A stretch of DNA of 64,000 nt from Perkinsela sp. CCAP 1560/9 (GCA_965644495.1 CBFFSA010000003.1:1116001-1180000); one strand, 5' to 3'. Counted from the first letter of the stretch, positions 50,844 to 61,107 are shown. Program-made: numbers and translations. The notes: a model not told the origin generated them from the sequence alone.

Positions 50844-51114
50844 TTTATTAAAAATTTGATCAGCCAGACAAGATTCGCATATGATTGAGCATGGCTTGTT
50901 TAGTAACTTTTTATTGTTGATTAGGTTTTATTCGTTAACAAAGATATTAAAATGGTGACGAAGAAATAGATGGCTTAAACTTAATAAAAATTGTCCACAA
51001 TGAACACATTTTTAGAACTAAATTTCAAACAAAGTAAATGAATCCATCTAAAGTCATTCAAACTAAGAGACTCACGAGAACACGAGATTGGCACGAGGTG
51101 CTGTGCCGGGCACA

Positions 51115-51226
51115 GTGTGCTCAACAGACTATTCTTTGCTAATAGTATCATGTTCATCTGTTCACATAAGGTGTGCACAACAGACTCTTCTTTACTAATA
51201 GTACCGTGTTCATCTGTTCACATAAG
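51115..51226 (+). repeat. 56-bp tandem duplication (2 copies)
   Basis: GTGTGCwCAACAGACT...GTTCATCTGTTCACATAAG occurs twice. Confidence 0.9.
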
Positions 51227-51288
51227 GACATACTGCAACTATAACTGGAGATCACGTGCCTCCCTGCAGATACCCACACCCATAGTGA

Positions 51289-54165
51289 CTAGTTGACACC
51301 AAACATGCCACAAAGTTCTTCAAAACTTCCGTCCAAACAGTGTTGCGATAAGTTCACAAAAGACATAGACTTATTGGTCGAACCCGGTTCTTTCTGCCGT
51401 GTACCTTCTGCAGAATCGTTCTCTAGCATGTTCTGTGTATGTTGCCACTGATGTATCAGGTGTGAGATGTTAACACAACCCGAGGCCCCCTTCATTTCTT
51501 GAGGATATGAGAGATTCAGAATGTCGCTCTCTATAGAATCTTCCGCCACATACCGTGTCACGGCTAGAGGTCTTGTACGTCCGACATGACAAGCTCTTGT
51601 GAGAACGCGGTACTCAGAGAGCGGTCCGCTAGCGGAGGGCTCCATGAAAAAAATATGGTCCGCAAAGGAAAGTGATAGCCCGTACCGAAATACCTCGTGG
51701 CAACCAATCACAACGGGAGGACCTATCAGCGGCTCCAAAACATCAGTCACAGCTAGAGGACACGTTTCATCTTGTTCCTGTGATTGTTTCGAAGTCCGCC
51801 TCCGCTTTGCTTTGGATGGTCGATCAGAAACAGTTTTTCCTTCACCTGTGCCGGGTGTTGCCAACGATCGTACTCTGCGATCAATAACTTTTCCGTGTAT
51901 TAAGTTTCGCACATGCATTCTACGACGCACCGAAGAAGGTAAAATCAGTGTGGGTATATTTTTCTTAGCAAAGGCATCTGCAAGAATTGAAACGTAAGGG
52001 ACAAATTCTGTCAGAACAACAAAGCGAACCAACGATTTTTCCGTTGAGCCTCGGAGCTGTAGAATGTCGTCCACCACTCGATCGGTCTTTGAGCTACATA
52101 TCCATGATGCATCCAGGTCTAAATTGGCAATAGTAGGACCATTACAAGCGCTGCTTGGCTCCTCAGTAGGCGAACTCTGTGTCAACCCGAAATTTTGAGG
52201 AATCGCAACGGCCTCTGAATATCCGGTTCGACCCTTGCAAAACGGACATTTCGAATCGTGTCGGTTTAAAACTTGGCGGCAGCAGGCAGAGCACATTCGA
52301 TGACCACACGGAAGAAGCATACCGCGTTCATTTCTGTACTCCTCAAAGCAAATACCGCACTCCGCGGATCCCTCGCTGTTTTCCTCAGCTTCAATTTTCA
52401 AGTTTTGGACAACGTTCTTGATGAACTCTTTTGAATGACCTTTCTTACCTTTGCTTCCTCTCCCCTTTCCCGAGTGGGCCACACCAAGTTTTCGCAGAAA
52501 ATTTTCCATCACTGCTTCGTCCTGTCGTTGTCTATGAGTTTCCGCTTCTTGAAGTTGCTCAGCTCTCGACACATCTCCTAGCAACTTTCTCCTTTTTTGC
52601 AATAGGGATGATACTGCTAAACATGGATGTACAGTAGATTGACGCAGTCTCATGACCATTTCAAATACATGCGCTCGTAACATCGCATCAAATAGTAACT
52701 TTTCTCTTGCCATGGAAAATTCCCCGTGCTCATTTGCATCCATTTGTTGAAGTGTACGTTGCCTCAAACGCAGTTTCGCCGCACCAGTATTTCGCACACA
52801 TGTATAAAAGTGCTTTTGGGTCTCTTCCATGGGTAACGCTACCGACGTATAGGTAATGGATGGTTTCTCAAGTTGTGGCACCACTGGTTCATCTGTCGCC
52901 AAGCATTCCGTTCTACGCAGGGTGACTTCCTCCATGCTCGTCATAAACAGCGATATCGTATCGGGTGACCATTCAAGATCTCCCTCTGGTGGTGCGTCAA
53001 AGAGCACAGTTACCGGATGACGCAAGAAACGAAGAAGGAGCAAATTTGGTACCAAGAGAGTGGATAAAAGCGGTCTGGCACTCACGATCCATCGGTACTT
53101 CGCTTCGAGTAGAAGAATATCCTCTTTCCACTCCCGGTCTAACGTATGAACGGCATGAAACTCATCTAAAATAATACGATTCCAGAAGATGGAGAGAAAC
53201 TGCGACCTACTGGAAAGGTCATCGTTCGCTTCCCATTGGCTTCGCTTCACGTCTTTGTGTAATGCGGTGTATGTTGTCACTATGAAGTCGTACCCGCCAG
53301 CGATTTCGAAAACATTTTTCTTGGAAAGAGCCGATTTCCCTCCTGCGTGGCATAATATTCGGGGCCTGGGGAAAAGCGAGCGTTGTATTTCATAGATCCA
53401 TTGGTCCAGAAGACAGGGTAAGGTAATAATGACAGTAGAGCTGGATACCACTTTACCGTCTCGGATGTGATCACGCGACATTGACGTCCTTTCAGCGCAT
53501 AGTGCAATGACGGTTCTCATTTTTCCCATCCCATGCGGGTCCGCGAGAATACCTCCAGGGATATCAGAGTTCTCACGTGTGTGCATCCATTCCACGGCAG
53601 ATATTTGCATTGAGTGTATTGGTGCAGACAAGGACATAATTTGCGAAGATGTTGCATTACGATCAATATGTCCTTTTATTTCCGTCGTCTTTGAATATCT
53701 GGAATGCAGCTTCTCTGAAGCTTCAGACGTGTCCTTATGACCTAAGTCATGCATCCTCTTCGTTGATACCATAGAAGTGGGGATTCGTATGGCGTTTGCA
53801 TTTGCATCAATCTCGTCTTCAACTTCAAGATCGACTTCCGGCGTATCCTCAGTAGTGTGATTTGTTGTGTCGCAGTCCTCCAGATCAACATCTCCGTCCA
53901 GTGTGTTTTCTATTTCTTCAAAAGTGGTGGACACGGCTTGTTCGGTAGATGCAGGTTCCAATTCCTTCATAGAATCGTCGTGAGATGGAAGAGGAGCTGT
54001 TTCTATATCTTGAACACGTGATGCAATCTTCTCATTACTGTGCGGAGTATCTGCCTCTTCCTTCGTTATTTCGAGGTCAGCGATTTCGGTGTTCTCTTTT
54101 TTTGTTGAAATAATGGAAGTCAAGCTACGGACGTTTCCCCAGGTTATAAAATCGTCATCCTGCAT
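51289..54165 (-). CDS. SNF2 helicase-like protein with inserted C3HC4 RING (Rad5/Rad16 family), divergent motifs
   Basis: GGILADPHGMGK, WNRIILDEFH, RLRQSTVHP and RING CGICFEE...LPCGHRMCSAC...CPFC. The start is uncertain (ATG at 54204 or 54165). Confidence 0.85.
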   Translation of the reverse strand: MQDDDFITWGNVRSLTSIISTKKENTEIADLEITKEEADTPHSNEKIASRVQDIETAPLPSHDDSMKELEPASTEQAVSTTFEEIENTLDGDVDLEDCDTTNHTTEDTPEVDLEVEDEIDANANAIRIPTSMVSTKRMHDLGHKDTSEASEKLHSRYSKTTEIKGHIDRNATSSQIMSLSAPIHSMQISAVEWMHTRENSDIPGGILADPHGMGKMRTVIALCAERTSMSRDHIRDGKVVSSSTVIITLPCLLDQWIYEIQRSLFPRPRILCHAGGKSALSKKNVFEIAGGYDFIVTTYTALHKDVKRSQWEANDDLSSRSQFLSIFWNRIILDEFHAVHTLDREWKEDILLLEAKYRWIVSARPLLSTLLVPNLLLLRFLRHPVTVLFDAPPEGDLEWSPDTISLFMTSMEEVTLRRTECLATDEPVVPQLEKPSITYTSVALPMEETQKHFYTCVRNTGAAKLRLRQRTLQQMDANEHGEFSMAREKLLFDAMLRAHVFEMVMRLRQSTVHPCLAVSSLLQKRRKLLGDVSRAEQLQEAETHRQRQDEAVMENFLRKLGVAHSGKGRGSKGKKGHSKEFIKNVVQNLKIEAEENSEGSAECGICFEEYRNERGMLLPCGHRMCSACCRQVLNRHDSKCPFCKGRTGYSEAVAIPQNFGLTQSSPTEEPSSACNGPTIANLDLDASWICSSKTDRVVDDILQLRGSTEKSLVRFVVLTEFVPYVSILADAFAKKNIPTLILPSSVRRRMHVRNLIHGKVIDRRVRSLATPGTGEGKTVSDRPSKAKRRRTSKQSQEQDETCPLAVTDVLEPLIGPPVVIGCHEVFRYGLSLSFADHIFFMEPSASGPLSEYRVLTRACHVGRTRPLAVTRYVAEDSIESDILNLSYPQEMKGASGCVNISHLIHQWQHTQNMLENDSAEGTRQKEPGSTNKSMSFVNLSQHCLDGSFEELCGMFGVN

Positions 54166-54374
54166 TTCCTGAAAACATAAAAAATGTGATGTTAACAAGG
54201 TCATATGCTGCTGTGAACAAAGCATAAACGCATGTAGATGTACATGTACGCGAAATATGACCCCCCTGTGTAATAAAAATTGTCACAAAAAAGTGATTTC
54301 AGAGAAAATTTTACAGAGCCGATTAAGAGCGAGACATTGAATACATTTACATCCGAGATCTACCGACCTATGCG

Positions 54375-56027
54375 TTACCTTCGAATCTCGAGTGCCTTTT
54401 CCAAAAATTTTGCTTTTCCCACTAACTCAAAACACTCCTCGCGATACAACTTGAGCGTATTTTCTAAGAACGTGATGTGCTCAGACTTTTCGTTTTGGGA
54501 ATGGGAAGCAGCACTGCTGTTTAGCAAAATCGACTCCTTGTTCTCCGAAACAATATCTTTGTTTGGCAACACATACTCCTTTTCATCGGCTTCAGATGGT
54601 ACAAGATTTGCTGGAATAACATATGAGTCAAGATCTTGCACTGGATACTTCTTCAGATGACCAACCTGAAATTGGTTGGCATTTGGCGTATGAGTATGAG
54701 GAGCTCCGTCTGTGATTGAAAGCATAACATTGGGCAACACGTCGAAACGAGAGGTACTACACGCTCCAATTGAATTGACTGAAGATTGACTTTTTAAACG
54801 TCCAGTGATTTTCCATGTAAATATTCTACCACAACTTGTTGTGGCGTAAATGGAATTCTCGTCGAAAGCAATCTGAAGTATCCGTTCATTTTCTTTTTCA
54901 GAAGTCTGTGGAAGCAGTAAATTTTGAACACGTGATAGAACGGGGTTTATATTCACGCTTCGAGCATTAGCCGTTGTGTTGCAGAGTTTTTCCTTTTTAC
55001 GCGCTTGCGAAAAAACCAATGAAAGTGAATCTTCAACTAAAGGTTCCAGCTCCCGGTTTTCCGTAGAGCTTCCAAGAGTGAGTTTTCTTCTTTCCCAAGG
55101 TGAAACTTCTCTGGCATCTTCTTGCTGCTCAATAGCATTTAGTTCGTCGAAAAATATGTCCAAAAGGTGGATTTTTCCATCTGAAGTTAATAGTGCAATG
55201 TATTTTTCGCATTGGCTGATTTCAAGATGGGTGACAGGGGAATGAAAGCCTTCCCTGAGTAAACATTTCCCAGATAATAAATCAGCTACAGTTACCGTGC
55301 AGTCCGCCGATGCCGCGGCTAACAGTGAATTTGTGCTAGGAAAAAAGAGTACCTTGTGAACCTGAGCTCGATGATAAGAAAGTTTCTTAAATTCGTGAAT
55401 CGGCAAAGTACTTCTTTCCATTGATATCGATACATCGTTGTTTGCATCGGATTTCATAGTCACTGATAATCGTATCAAATCAGTTAGATACCAAATCTTT
55501 ATTACTCCGTCACCTCCCGAGGATGCAATATACTGATTTCGGGGACAGATATTGAGGGAAGCTATTTTTCCAAGGTGAGCGGCTATGATAGCACGCATTA
55601 AATTTCCTGTTTGCACATGCCACGAGAAAATTGTACCTTTCTCTCCAGCACCAAGTACAAATTCCTGATCATGTGAAAGAACTAAGCAAAGCACAACCTC
55701 TGTTGTAGCACAGGTCAGTATATTGGTCTTCCCTTTGGAATAATGCTTTTTCTCGTTGAATACTCCGTCGCCCCTCTTCGCTGACTCCGTATCATCTGAG
55801 CTTGATAGAGCAAACTTATGAATCTTAATACAAGGAGGATGCCGATGACATAGAAACAAGGCGTCATAACGATCAGCGTAGCAGGCAGCCGATATCGGAT
55901 CGTCTTTGTTCGTTTTCTTATTCGCATTGCGAAGAGGAATGAGACATGCTACGCAGGATAGCGCGTTGGTCTCTGTTTCAATCCACTGAGCTGTATGTGG
56001 CTCACATGATATGGCCAATAATTTCAT
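54375..56027 (-). CDS. WD40 protein, IPI3/WDR18-like
   Basis: GTIFSWHVQTGNLMR...AHLGKI...SSGGDGVIKIWYL and a C-terminal coiled coil. Confidence 0.6.
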   Translation of the reverse strand: MKLLAISCEPHTAQWIETETNALSCVACLIPLRNANKKTNKDDPISAACYADRYDALFLCHRHPPCIKIHKFALSSSDDTESAKRGDGVFNEKKHYSKGKTNILTCATTEVVLCLVLSHDQEFVLGAGEKGTIFSWHVQTGNLMRAIIAAHLGKIASLNICPRNQYIASSGGDGVIKIWYLTDLIRLSVTMKSDANNDVSISMERSTLPIHEFKKLSYHRAQVHKVLFFPSTNSLLAAASADCTVTVADLLSGKCLLREGFHSPVTHLEISQCEKYIALLTSDGKIHLLDIFFDELNAIEQQEDAREVSPWERRKLTLGSSTENRELEPLVEDSLSLVFSQARKKEKLCNTTANARSVNINPVLSRVQNLLLPQTSEKENERILQIAFDENSIYATTSCGRIFTWKITGRLKSQSSVNSIGACSTSRFDVLPNVMLSITDGAPHTHTPNANQFQVGHLKKYPVQDLDSYVIPANLVPSEADEKEYVLPNKDIVSENKESILLNSSAASHSQNEKSEHITFLENTLKLYREECFELVGKAKFLEKALEIRR

Positions 56028-56455
56028 CCTATTTCAAGATGTAGAAGCCTGACGCAAGGAATAATAAATTCATGTATCTGACGCAAATACGCAAGGTACT
56101 GGAATAATCGGCACTAAGCTCTAATAGTAAAAGGCGAATACATAACATAGAGTGTTGTCAAGCATTTGAAAAAACGCTTTGCTATAAACTACAAGCACAA
56201 CAGCAAATGTTATCTGGGGAACAACTTTCTGGGGAGGGGTTATAATTTATCCATAAAGAAATCACACTCTGACGCGTAATTAATTGCCATGTCTTTTACT
56301 AATGTCTAGTAATCTAGTAGTAAATTATGATGCAACAGTTTTCGACAATGTCGTGTAGAAAGTAATGTGGAGAAAGTGGGCCTTTTAAATGATTGAGAAT
56401 GATACAAAAAGGGGGACAACCAGCGGCTACTGATATTACTAATCGTACGCTCTCG

Positions 56456-56947
56456 TTACTTTCTCTTCCATGTCTGTATCACTGAGTCAATAAAGTTATT
56501 TTGCATTGTGGATGACCAGTTCACTAATTTCCCCTCGCGAGACACCATCTTCCGAAATTCGTCCTCACCTTTTTCTTTCAAAAACGCCACACCGTCCTCA
56601 ATTTGAGAGGATCTCGCTGTGTTTTCTAGACCATGAACACCATGCGGTGCCAAGAATGTGGAGAGTTCGCGATTCGTGTATGCTGTAAGAAGAAGCCGAT
56701 TGATTTGTCGCGTGCACAATTCTTGGTCTTTTTTAGACATATTCTGAGATACCCAGCTCTCCAAGTCAGATCTCCAATTGGTTCCAAAACTTTTCTCGAC
56801 ATAACTGAGGCGCAAGGGTACTTTATTCTTGAAAGCGGTCTCTCCAATCAGAAGATTATAGAGGACCTGACATTTTTTATTTAGATTTGATTCTGTTGCG
56901 GAGAGCTCGACAGCGGCCTGAAGCTTACGAGGTAAAAAGCGGTACAT
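56456..56947 (-). CDS. ATPTB4: Mitochondrial ATP synthase subunit ATPTB4 (Euglenozoa-specific)
   Basis: Collinear, as I recall it, with T. brucei ATPTB4: LLxGExxFKNKxP, FGxNW, RQIxR, YTxxEL, TAR, IExGVAFxKxKG, NW. Similar length. Confidence 0.8.
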   Translation of the reverse strand: MYRFLPRKLQAAVELSATESNLNKKCQVLYNLLIGETAFKNKVPLRLSYVEKSFGTNWRSDLESWVSQNMSKKDQELCTRQINRLLLTAYTNRELSTFLAPHGVHGLENTARSSQIEDGVAFLKEKGEDEFRKMVSREGKLVNWSSTMQNNFIDSVIQTWKRK

Positions 56948-57156
56948 ACGGCCTTCTTGATTTTGATAGATGATATGGATAGAAATACGTAACAGAAGGA
57001 TTTAGCAAGTAGTATAGTAAGTACAGGTCCTGTCCCTATTAGTTACACATTGTACACTCTATATATTTAACTGCACCTGTAGATACTAAAGATCCTTGAA
57101 CAAAATGACAATCAAATCACAAATGACACTACCAAGTTGAAAAAAAGAACCCACCG

Positions 57157-59793
57157 TCAAGACGTCAGATACTCTCGAAGTTCACTACTTGTTTGCTCAC
57201 GGTGTCCCATAACCAGAATCAAATCCACCGCTGAGAGGGTTTCCTTCTCCATCAACAGACCCTGCAGGGCACGAACTTGTGACTCGTGGGATTCGATCAA
57301 CGCCCGAGCCTGGTCCCGAGCCCGGGACACCCATTGCGCCACTGCCCCGTCTACGGCCCTCTCCACTACCGAGCCGTAAGGCTTTTGTACCGCAACCTGA
57401 TCCTGGCTTTCCGGATAGGAAAAGTGTCCGACCTCCCCGGGACACATCCCATACCGCACGACGCATTGGTAGGCCAGCCCGGTGGCTCGGTTCATATCCT
57501 CCGCCGCACTGGAGGAGAGCTCGGAGAGGAAATACTCTTCAGAGGCCACCCCGCCTAGCATGTCACAGATACGCTCCTCGAGCTCTGCCTGGGTTTGTAT
57601 GTACTTCTCATGAGGGAGCTTTTGATTTACACTGGTACGGTCGCCGCCATATTGTACGATAGAGACCTTACACACCGGGTCGACGTGACGAAGATGCCAG
57701 TTGACCACGGCGTGACCCGCCTCGTGGAACGCGAGGCGCTTTTTCTCACTGGGTGTCAGCACACGAGATTGTCGCTTGAGTCCGATTTGCACGCGCTCCA
57801 TTCCTTTTTGAAAGGACTCCATGTCCACTGAGGTCTTGGACTCACGGGCAGCAATAATGGCGGCCTCGTTGCAAATGTTTTTGATATCCGCCCCCGTGTT
57901 GCCTGGGGTCAGGGAGGCTAGCTTCTTCGCTGTACCATCTACAGCTTCAGCCGACCCGGCGGTAAGTTTCAGTGGTTTTAAATGCACTTTAAAGATCTCC
58001 ACGCGGTCCGGGTAGGGCGGAGGATCAATATGTACGCGCCGGTCAAACCGCCCCGGACGAAGCAACGCCTCATCTAAAATATCCACCCGGTTCGTCCCCG
58101 CAATCACCACCACCCCCGCATGCGAGTGAAACCCATCCATCTCCGACAGCAGCGCATTCACCGTGTTATCCCCCTCACTTTGTCCCATCCCTCCCTTATG
58201 CGCCATCCTTCGTGACTTTGCGAACGCATCAATCTCATCAATAAACACCACACACGGGGCCGCCTCCCTGGCCGCCACAAACAAATCCCGCACCCGGGAG
58301 GCCCCGACGCCGACAAAAATCTCCACAAACTCACTCCCGGCACAGGAGATGAAATTCACCCGGGCCTCCCCGGCGACCGCCTTCGCGAGTAACGTCTTCC
58401 CCACCCCCGGGACCCCCGATAACATAATCCCCTTCGGCACGGTCGCCCCGAGCCGGGCGAACCGCTGGGGGTGGGCCAGGAACTCCACCACCTCCCGCAC
58501 CTCGTGCTTGGGCTCCGCCATCCCGGCAATCTCCCCGAACCGGGTCCTCGGTCGCTCCTTGATGAGTTTAAAGAAGTGCTCCCCGTTGGCTTTGGTCCCC
58601 CTCGCGGGGGCCCCGAAGAGACTTAGCGGTTTGGCGCTCAGGGCGGAGCGCGCGAGGCGGAAGCGGGTGTGGAGGACCGCGAGGAGGGGGAGGAAGGCGA
58701 GAAGGAGGAGGGGGGTCCAGGGGAAGCCCACGGTGTAGCTGTAGTAGAGGGGGCGCTGGGGGTGGTGGGGGTCGGGGTGACTACTCGTGCTAGTGTGGTT
58801 GTGGTCGTGGTTCATGTTTTTATGAGTAATGTTAGTAGGAGAGGTGGGTTGAAGCCTCTGGGATGGGGAGGGTGGGGTTTGAGCTTCACCTCGAAAGGGA
58901 CGAAAAAGGGAGGAGAGGACTCCGGTGAGGGAGGAGAGTGGGGACCAGCGTGCGTTGTGGTCGACCGTGAGGGAGGGGGGACCGGAGGTGGCGAGGAGGA
59001 AACTCTCGAGGTGGGAGAGTGTGGTGAGATGGAACCGGAAATGGGAGGTTGCGGGGTGGGCGGTGTGGGGGAGGTAGACGATGGCTTCACGCTGGGTTGT
59101 GTGGACGTGGATGGAGTCCACAGGGTTGCGAGGGTCGAGGAGGTAGGAAATGCCGTCGGTCTCGGAGACCGTTCGAATGTACCCGTCGCCAAAGTAGCGC
59201 CGGTAGACGTAGTATAGCGCGTATCCCGTGATCCCACCTTGAATGAGACGAATCGCAAGCTGTCGAAAGGCCATCTTGGGGGACTCGCGGGCGAACTCAG
59301 CGAAATGATGCCATCGTCGCTGTAGCCCCTGGGGATACGCGTAGTGTTTTTCATATTCAATAATCCCCCTGGCGTCGGTCTCGGAGGCGCAGGAAAACCC
59401 GATTGGTTTTCGGGAATTTTGAGATGGAAGGATACTGGATCCCACTTCCGCCTTAGCACGGCTGTTTTCAGTGTCGTGTACAGGAACACCAGGAAAATTA
59501 AAATAGGCACCGAAAAAGGGGTGTGCCGGACGATCAGGTTGGCTAAGTGGCGCAGGAGTCACTGGCTTGGAGGGTGTGGCTGTTTTTAACTTCTCCGTGG
59601 CAGCAGGATGATCATCCGTTCCTTTCGCGTACGATGCTTTTACGACTTGTTGAATTGGTTTCGTTGTCTCGTTCAGCTGAAGTTTTTTCAAAGCCTGTTC
59701 CTTAGCCAAGTTTTGGGAACGCTCCTTTCCTGTTTTCTTTGATGGAATGTTTGTGCCGGACTTTGTTAGACCGATAAGGCATTTCCGATACAT
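57157..59793 (-). CDS. Mitochondrial m-AAA metalloprotease (FtsH/AFG3/paraplegin family)
   Basis: Two TM segments, GVPGVGKT, FIDEID, ALLRPGRFDR and HEAGH. First ATG at 59793. Confidence 0.93.
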   Translation of the reverse strand: MYRKCLIGLTKSGTNIPSKKTGKERSQNLAKEQALKKLQLNETTKPIQQVVKASYAKGTDDHPAATEKLKTATPSKPVTPAPLSQPDRPAHPFFGAYFNFPGVPVHDTENSRAKAEVGSSILPSQNSRKPIGFSCASETDARGIIEYEKHYAYPQGLQRRWHHFAEFARESPKMAFRQLAIRLIQGGITGYALYYVYRRYFGDGYIRTVSETDGISYLLDPRNPVDSIHVHTTQREAIVYLPHTAHPATSHFRFHLTTLSHLESFLLATSGPPSLTVDHNARWSPLSSLTGVLSSLFRPFRGEAQTPPSPSQRLQPTSPTNITHKNMNHDHNHTSTSSHPDPHHPQRPLYYSYTVGFPWTPLLLLAFLPLLAVLHTRFRLARSALSAKPLSLFGAPARGTKANGEHFFKLIKERPRTRFGEIAGMAEPKHEVREVVEFLAHPQRFARLGATVPKGIMLSGVPGVGKTLLAKAVAGEARVNFISCAGSEFVEIFVGVGASRVRDLFVAAREAAPCVVFIDEIDAFAKSRRMAHKGGMGQSEGDNTVNALLSEMDGFHSHAGVVVIAGTNRVDILDEALLRPGRFDRRVHIDPPPYPDRVEIFKVHLKPLKLTAGSAEAVDGTAKKLASLTPGNTGADIKNICNEAAIIAARESKTSVDMESFQKGMERVQIGLKRQSRVLTPSEKKRLAFHEAGHAVVNWHLRHVDPVCKVSIVQYGGDRTSVNQKLPHEKYIQTQAELEERICDMLGGVASEEYFLSELSSSAAEDMNRATGLAYQCVVRYGMCPGEVGHFSYPESQDQVAVQKPYGSVVERAVDGAVAQWVSRARDQARALIESHESQVRALQGLLMEKETLSAVDLILVMGHREQTSSELREYLTS

Positions 59794-59939
59794 CGGGACT
59801 AAATATAAACACGTAGGCAACTATATTTTAAGTTGGCAATACAATGCAATGGATGTAATGCCATGAAAACGTATAATACATGACTCAAAATAATAAATTT
59901 TTAAAAGAATCACATCAGAATACTGTTACGGCAGATGAT

Positions 59940-60740
59940 TTAGTCTTCGAATTCAATTATGTCGACATCATCATCATCCATAGCACTATCGCGGGACATT
60001 TTTTCGCCAAGAGTTACCTCAGAGTTACGAGGACAAGATTTAGTTTCTTCACATGAAAACGTTCCATAACCAGAAATTAGTTCTAAAAAACTGGTTGGGG
60101 ACGAATAAGTAGAAGTTGGATCAAGCGGTAGCATTAAAACTGTTGGAAACATTGCGCAGTCTTTCGTCCCTATTAAACTTCCGTAATACGTCACTGATCC
60201 AAAGTAAATCGTCGTCTCTGTAGCGTCACTTTTGTCAAAGGAGTTGTTGGTTAGGTTACGTGGTATCGACATACGCAGTTTTATTTCATACGTGGAACTT
60301 GTGGGGTGAGAAGCCGGAGTAATAATTTGTCGCTCCATATCAACGTGAACTTTTGATGCGCCTAAAGTGAATTGTATCCCTTCAAAAACGCTTTCGCCAG
60401 AGAGTTTATCAGCAGTGTTCAAACCCGGAATCATTCGGCACGAGGATTCGTCAATACGAAACGAAGAAGTATTTACTGAATTACTAACCAAAGTACAATA
60501 CAGAATAAAGTAGGACAAATTAGCGTGAGGGTCGTCCACTTTACATAAGAAGCACACCTCACTTGGCACATTGTATTTTAGATACGAATTTGTCCCTTCC
60601 ACAGTTTTCGACGCTGCGTTTGTGTCTCTAGCCCGCAATAAGAACTCCTGCAATAACGTCCCTAGTTTTGCACGATACTTTCGAGATACAGGCGCTTGTA
60701 CAGGCGCTTGTGATTTAACCATAGGTGCGCTCTTCGCCAT
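59940..60740 (-). CDS. Hypothetical protein
   Basis: 266-aa ATG ORF on the coding strand with an acidic tail. No family recognised. Confidence 0.6.
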   Translation of the reverse strand: MAKSAPMVKSQAPVQAPVSRKYRAKLGTLLQEFLLRARDTNAASKTVEGTNSYLKYNVPSEVCFLCKVDDPHANLSYFILYCTLVSNSVNTSSFRIDESSCRMIPGLNTADKLSGESVFEGIQFTLGASKVHVDMERQIITPASHPTSSTYEIKLRMSIPRNLTNNSFDKSDATETTIYFGSVTYYGSLIGTKDCAMFPTVLMLPLDPTSTYSSPTSFLELISGYGTFSCEETKSCPRNSEVTLGEKMSRDSAMDDDDVDIIEFED

Positions 60741-61107
60741 GACATATTTTACACTCTTTTATCAATAAACTTGTATTTGATTCTTTAAACGACAAAAACA
60801 AAAGCAAAGTATCAGTTCGCATAAATCAATATGCACTACTGTAATGAAATAAAGCATCAAAACTTTTCGTTTCATGCTTCATGTACAATATACATAGGAT
60901 GCCTAAAATGAATGCACGTCTACCATTTAATGTGATTCACCGAAGAACTTCTTGGGTTGTGGTGACTTCTTGGGTTCGACTTCAAGTCGAACAATTGTGA
61001 AGATTAGAATAGTTAATAAAAGGAGCTAGAAATAGAAAACAGGGGCTAGAAATGTACTGCTGATGTCGACAGGATTGATGCCGTATCAATCTAAATTTCC
61101 GCACGAT

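Noticed and set aside
58163-59510. 182-232 aa overlapping ORFs in the FtsH gene
   Set aside because: Low-complexity shadow frames caused by the extreme C/G skew.
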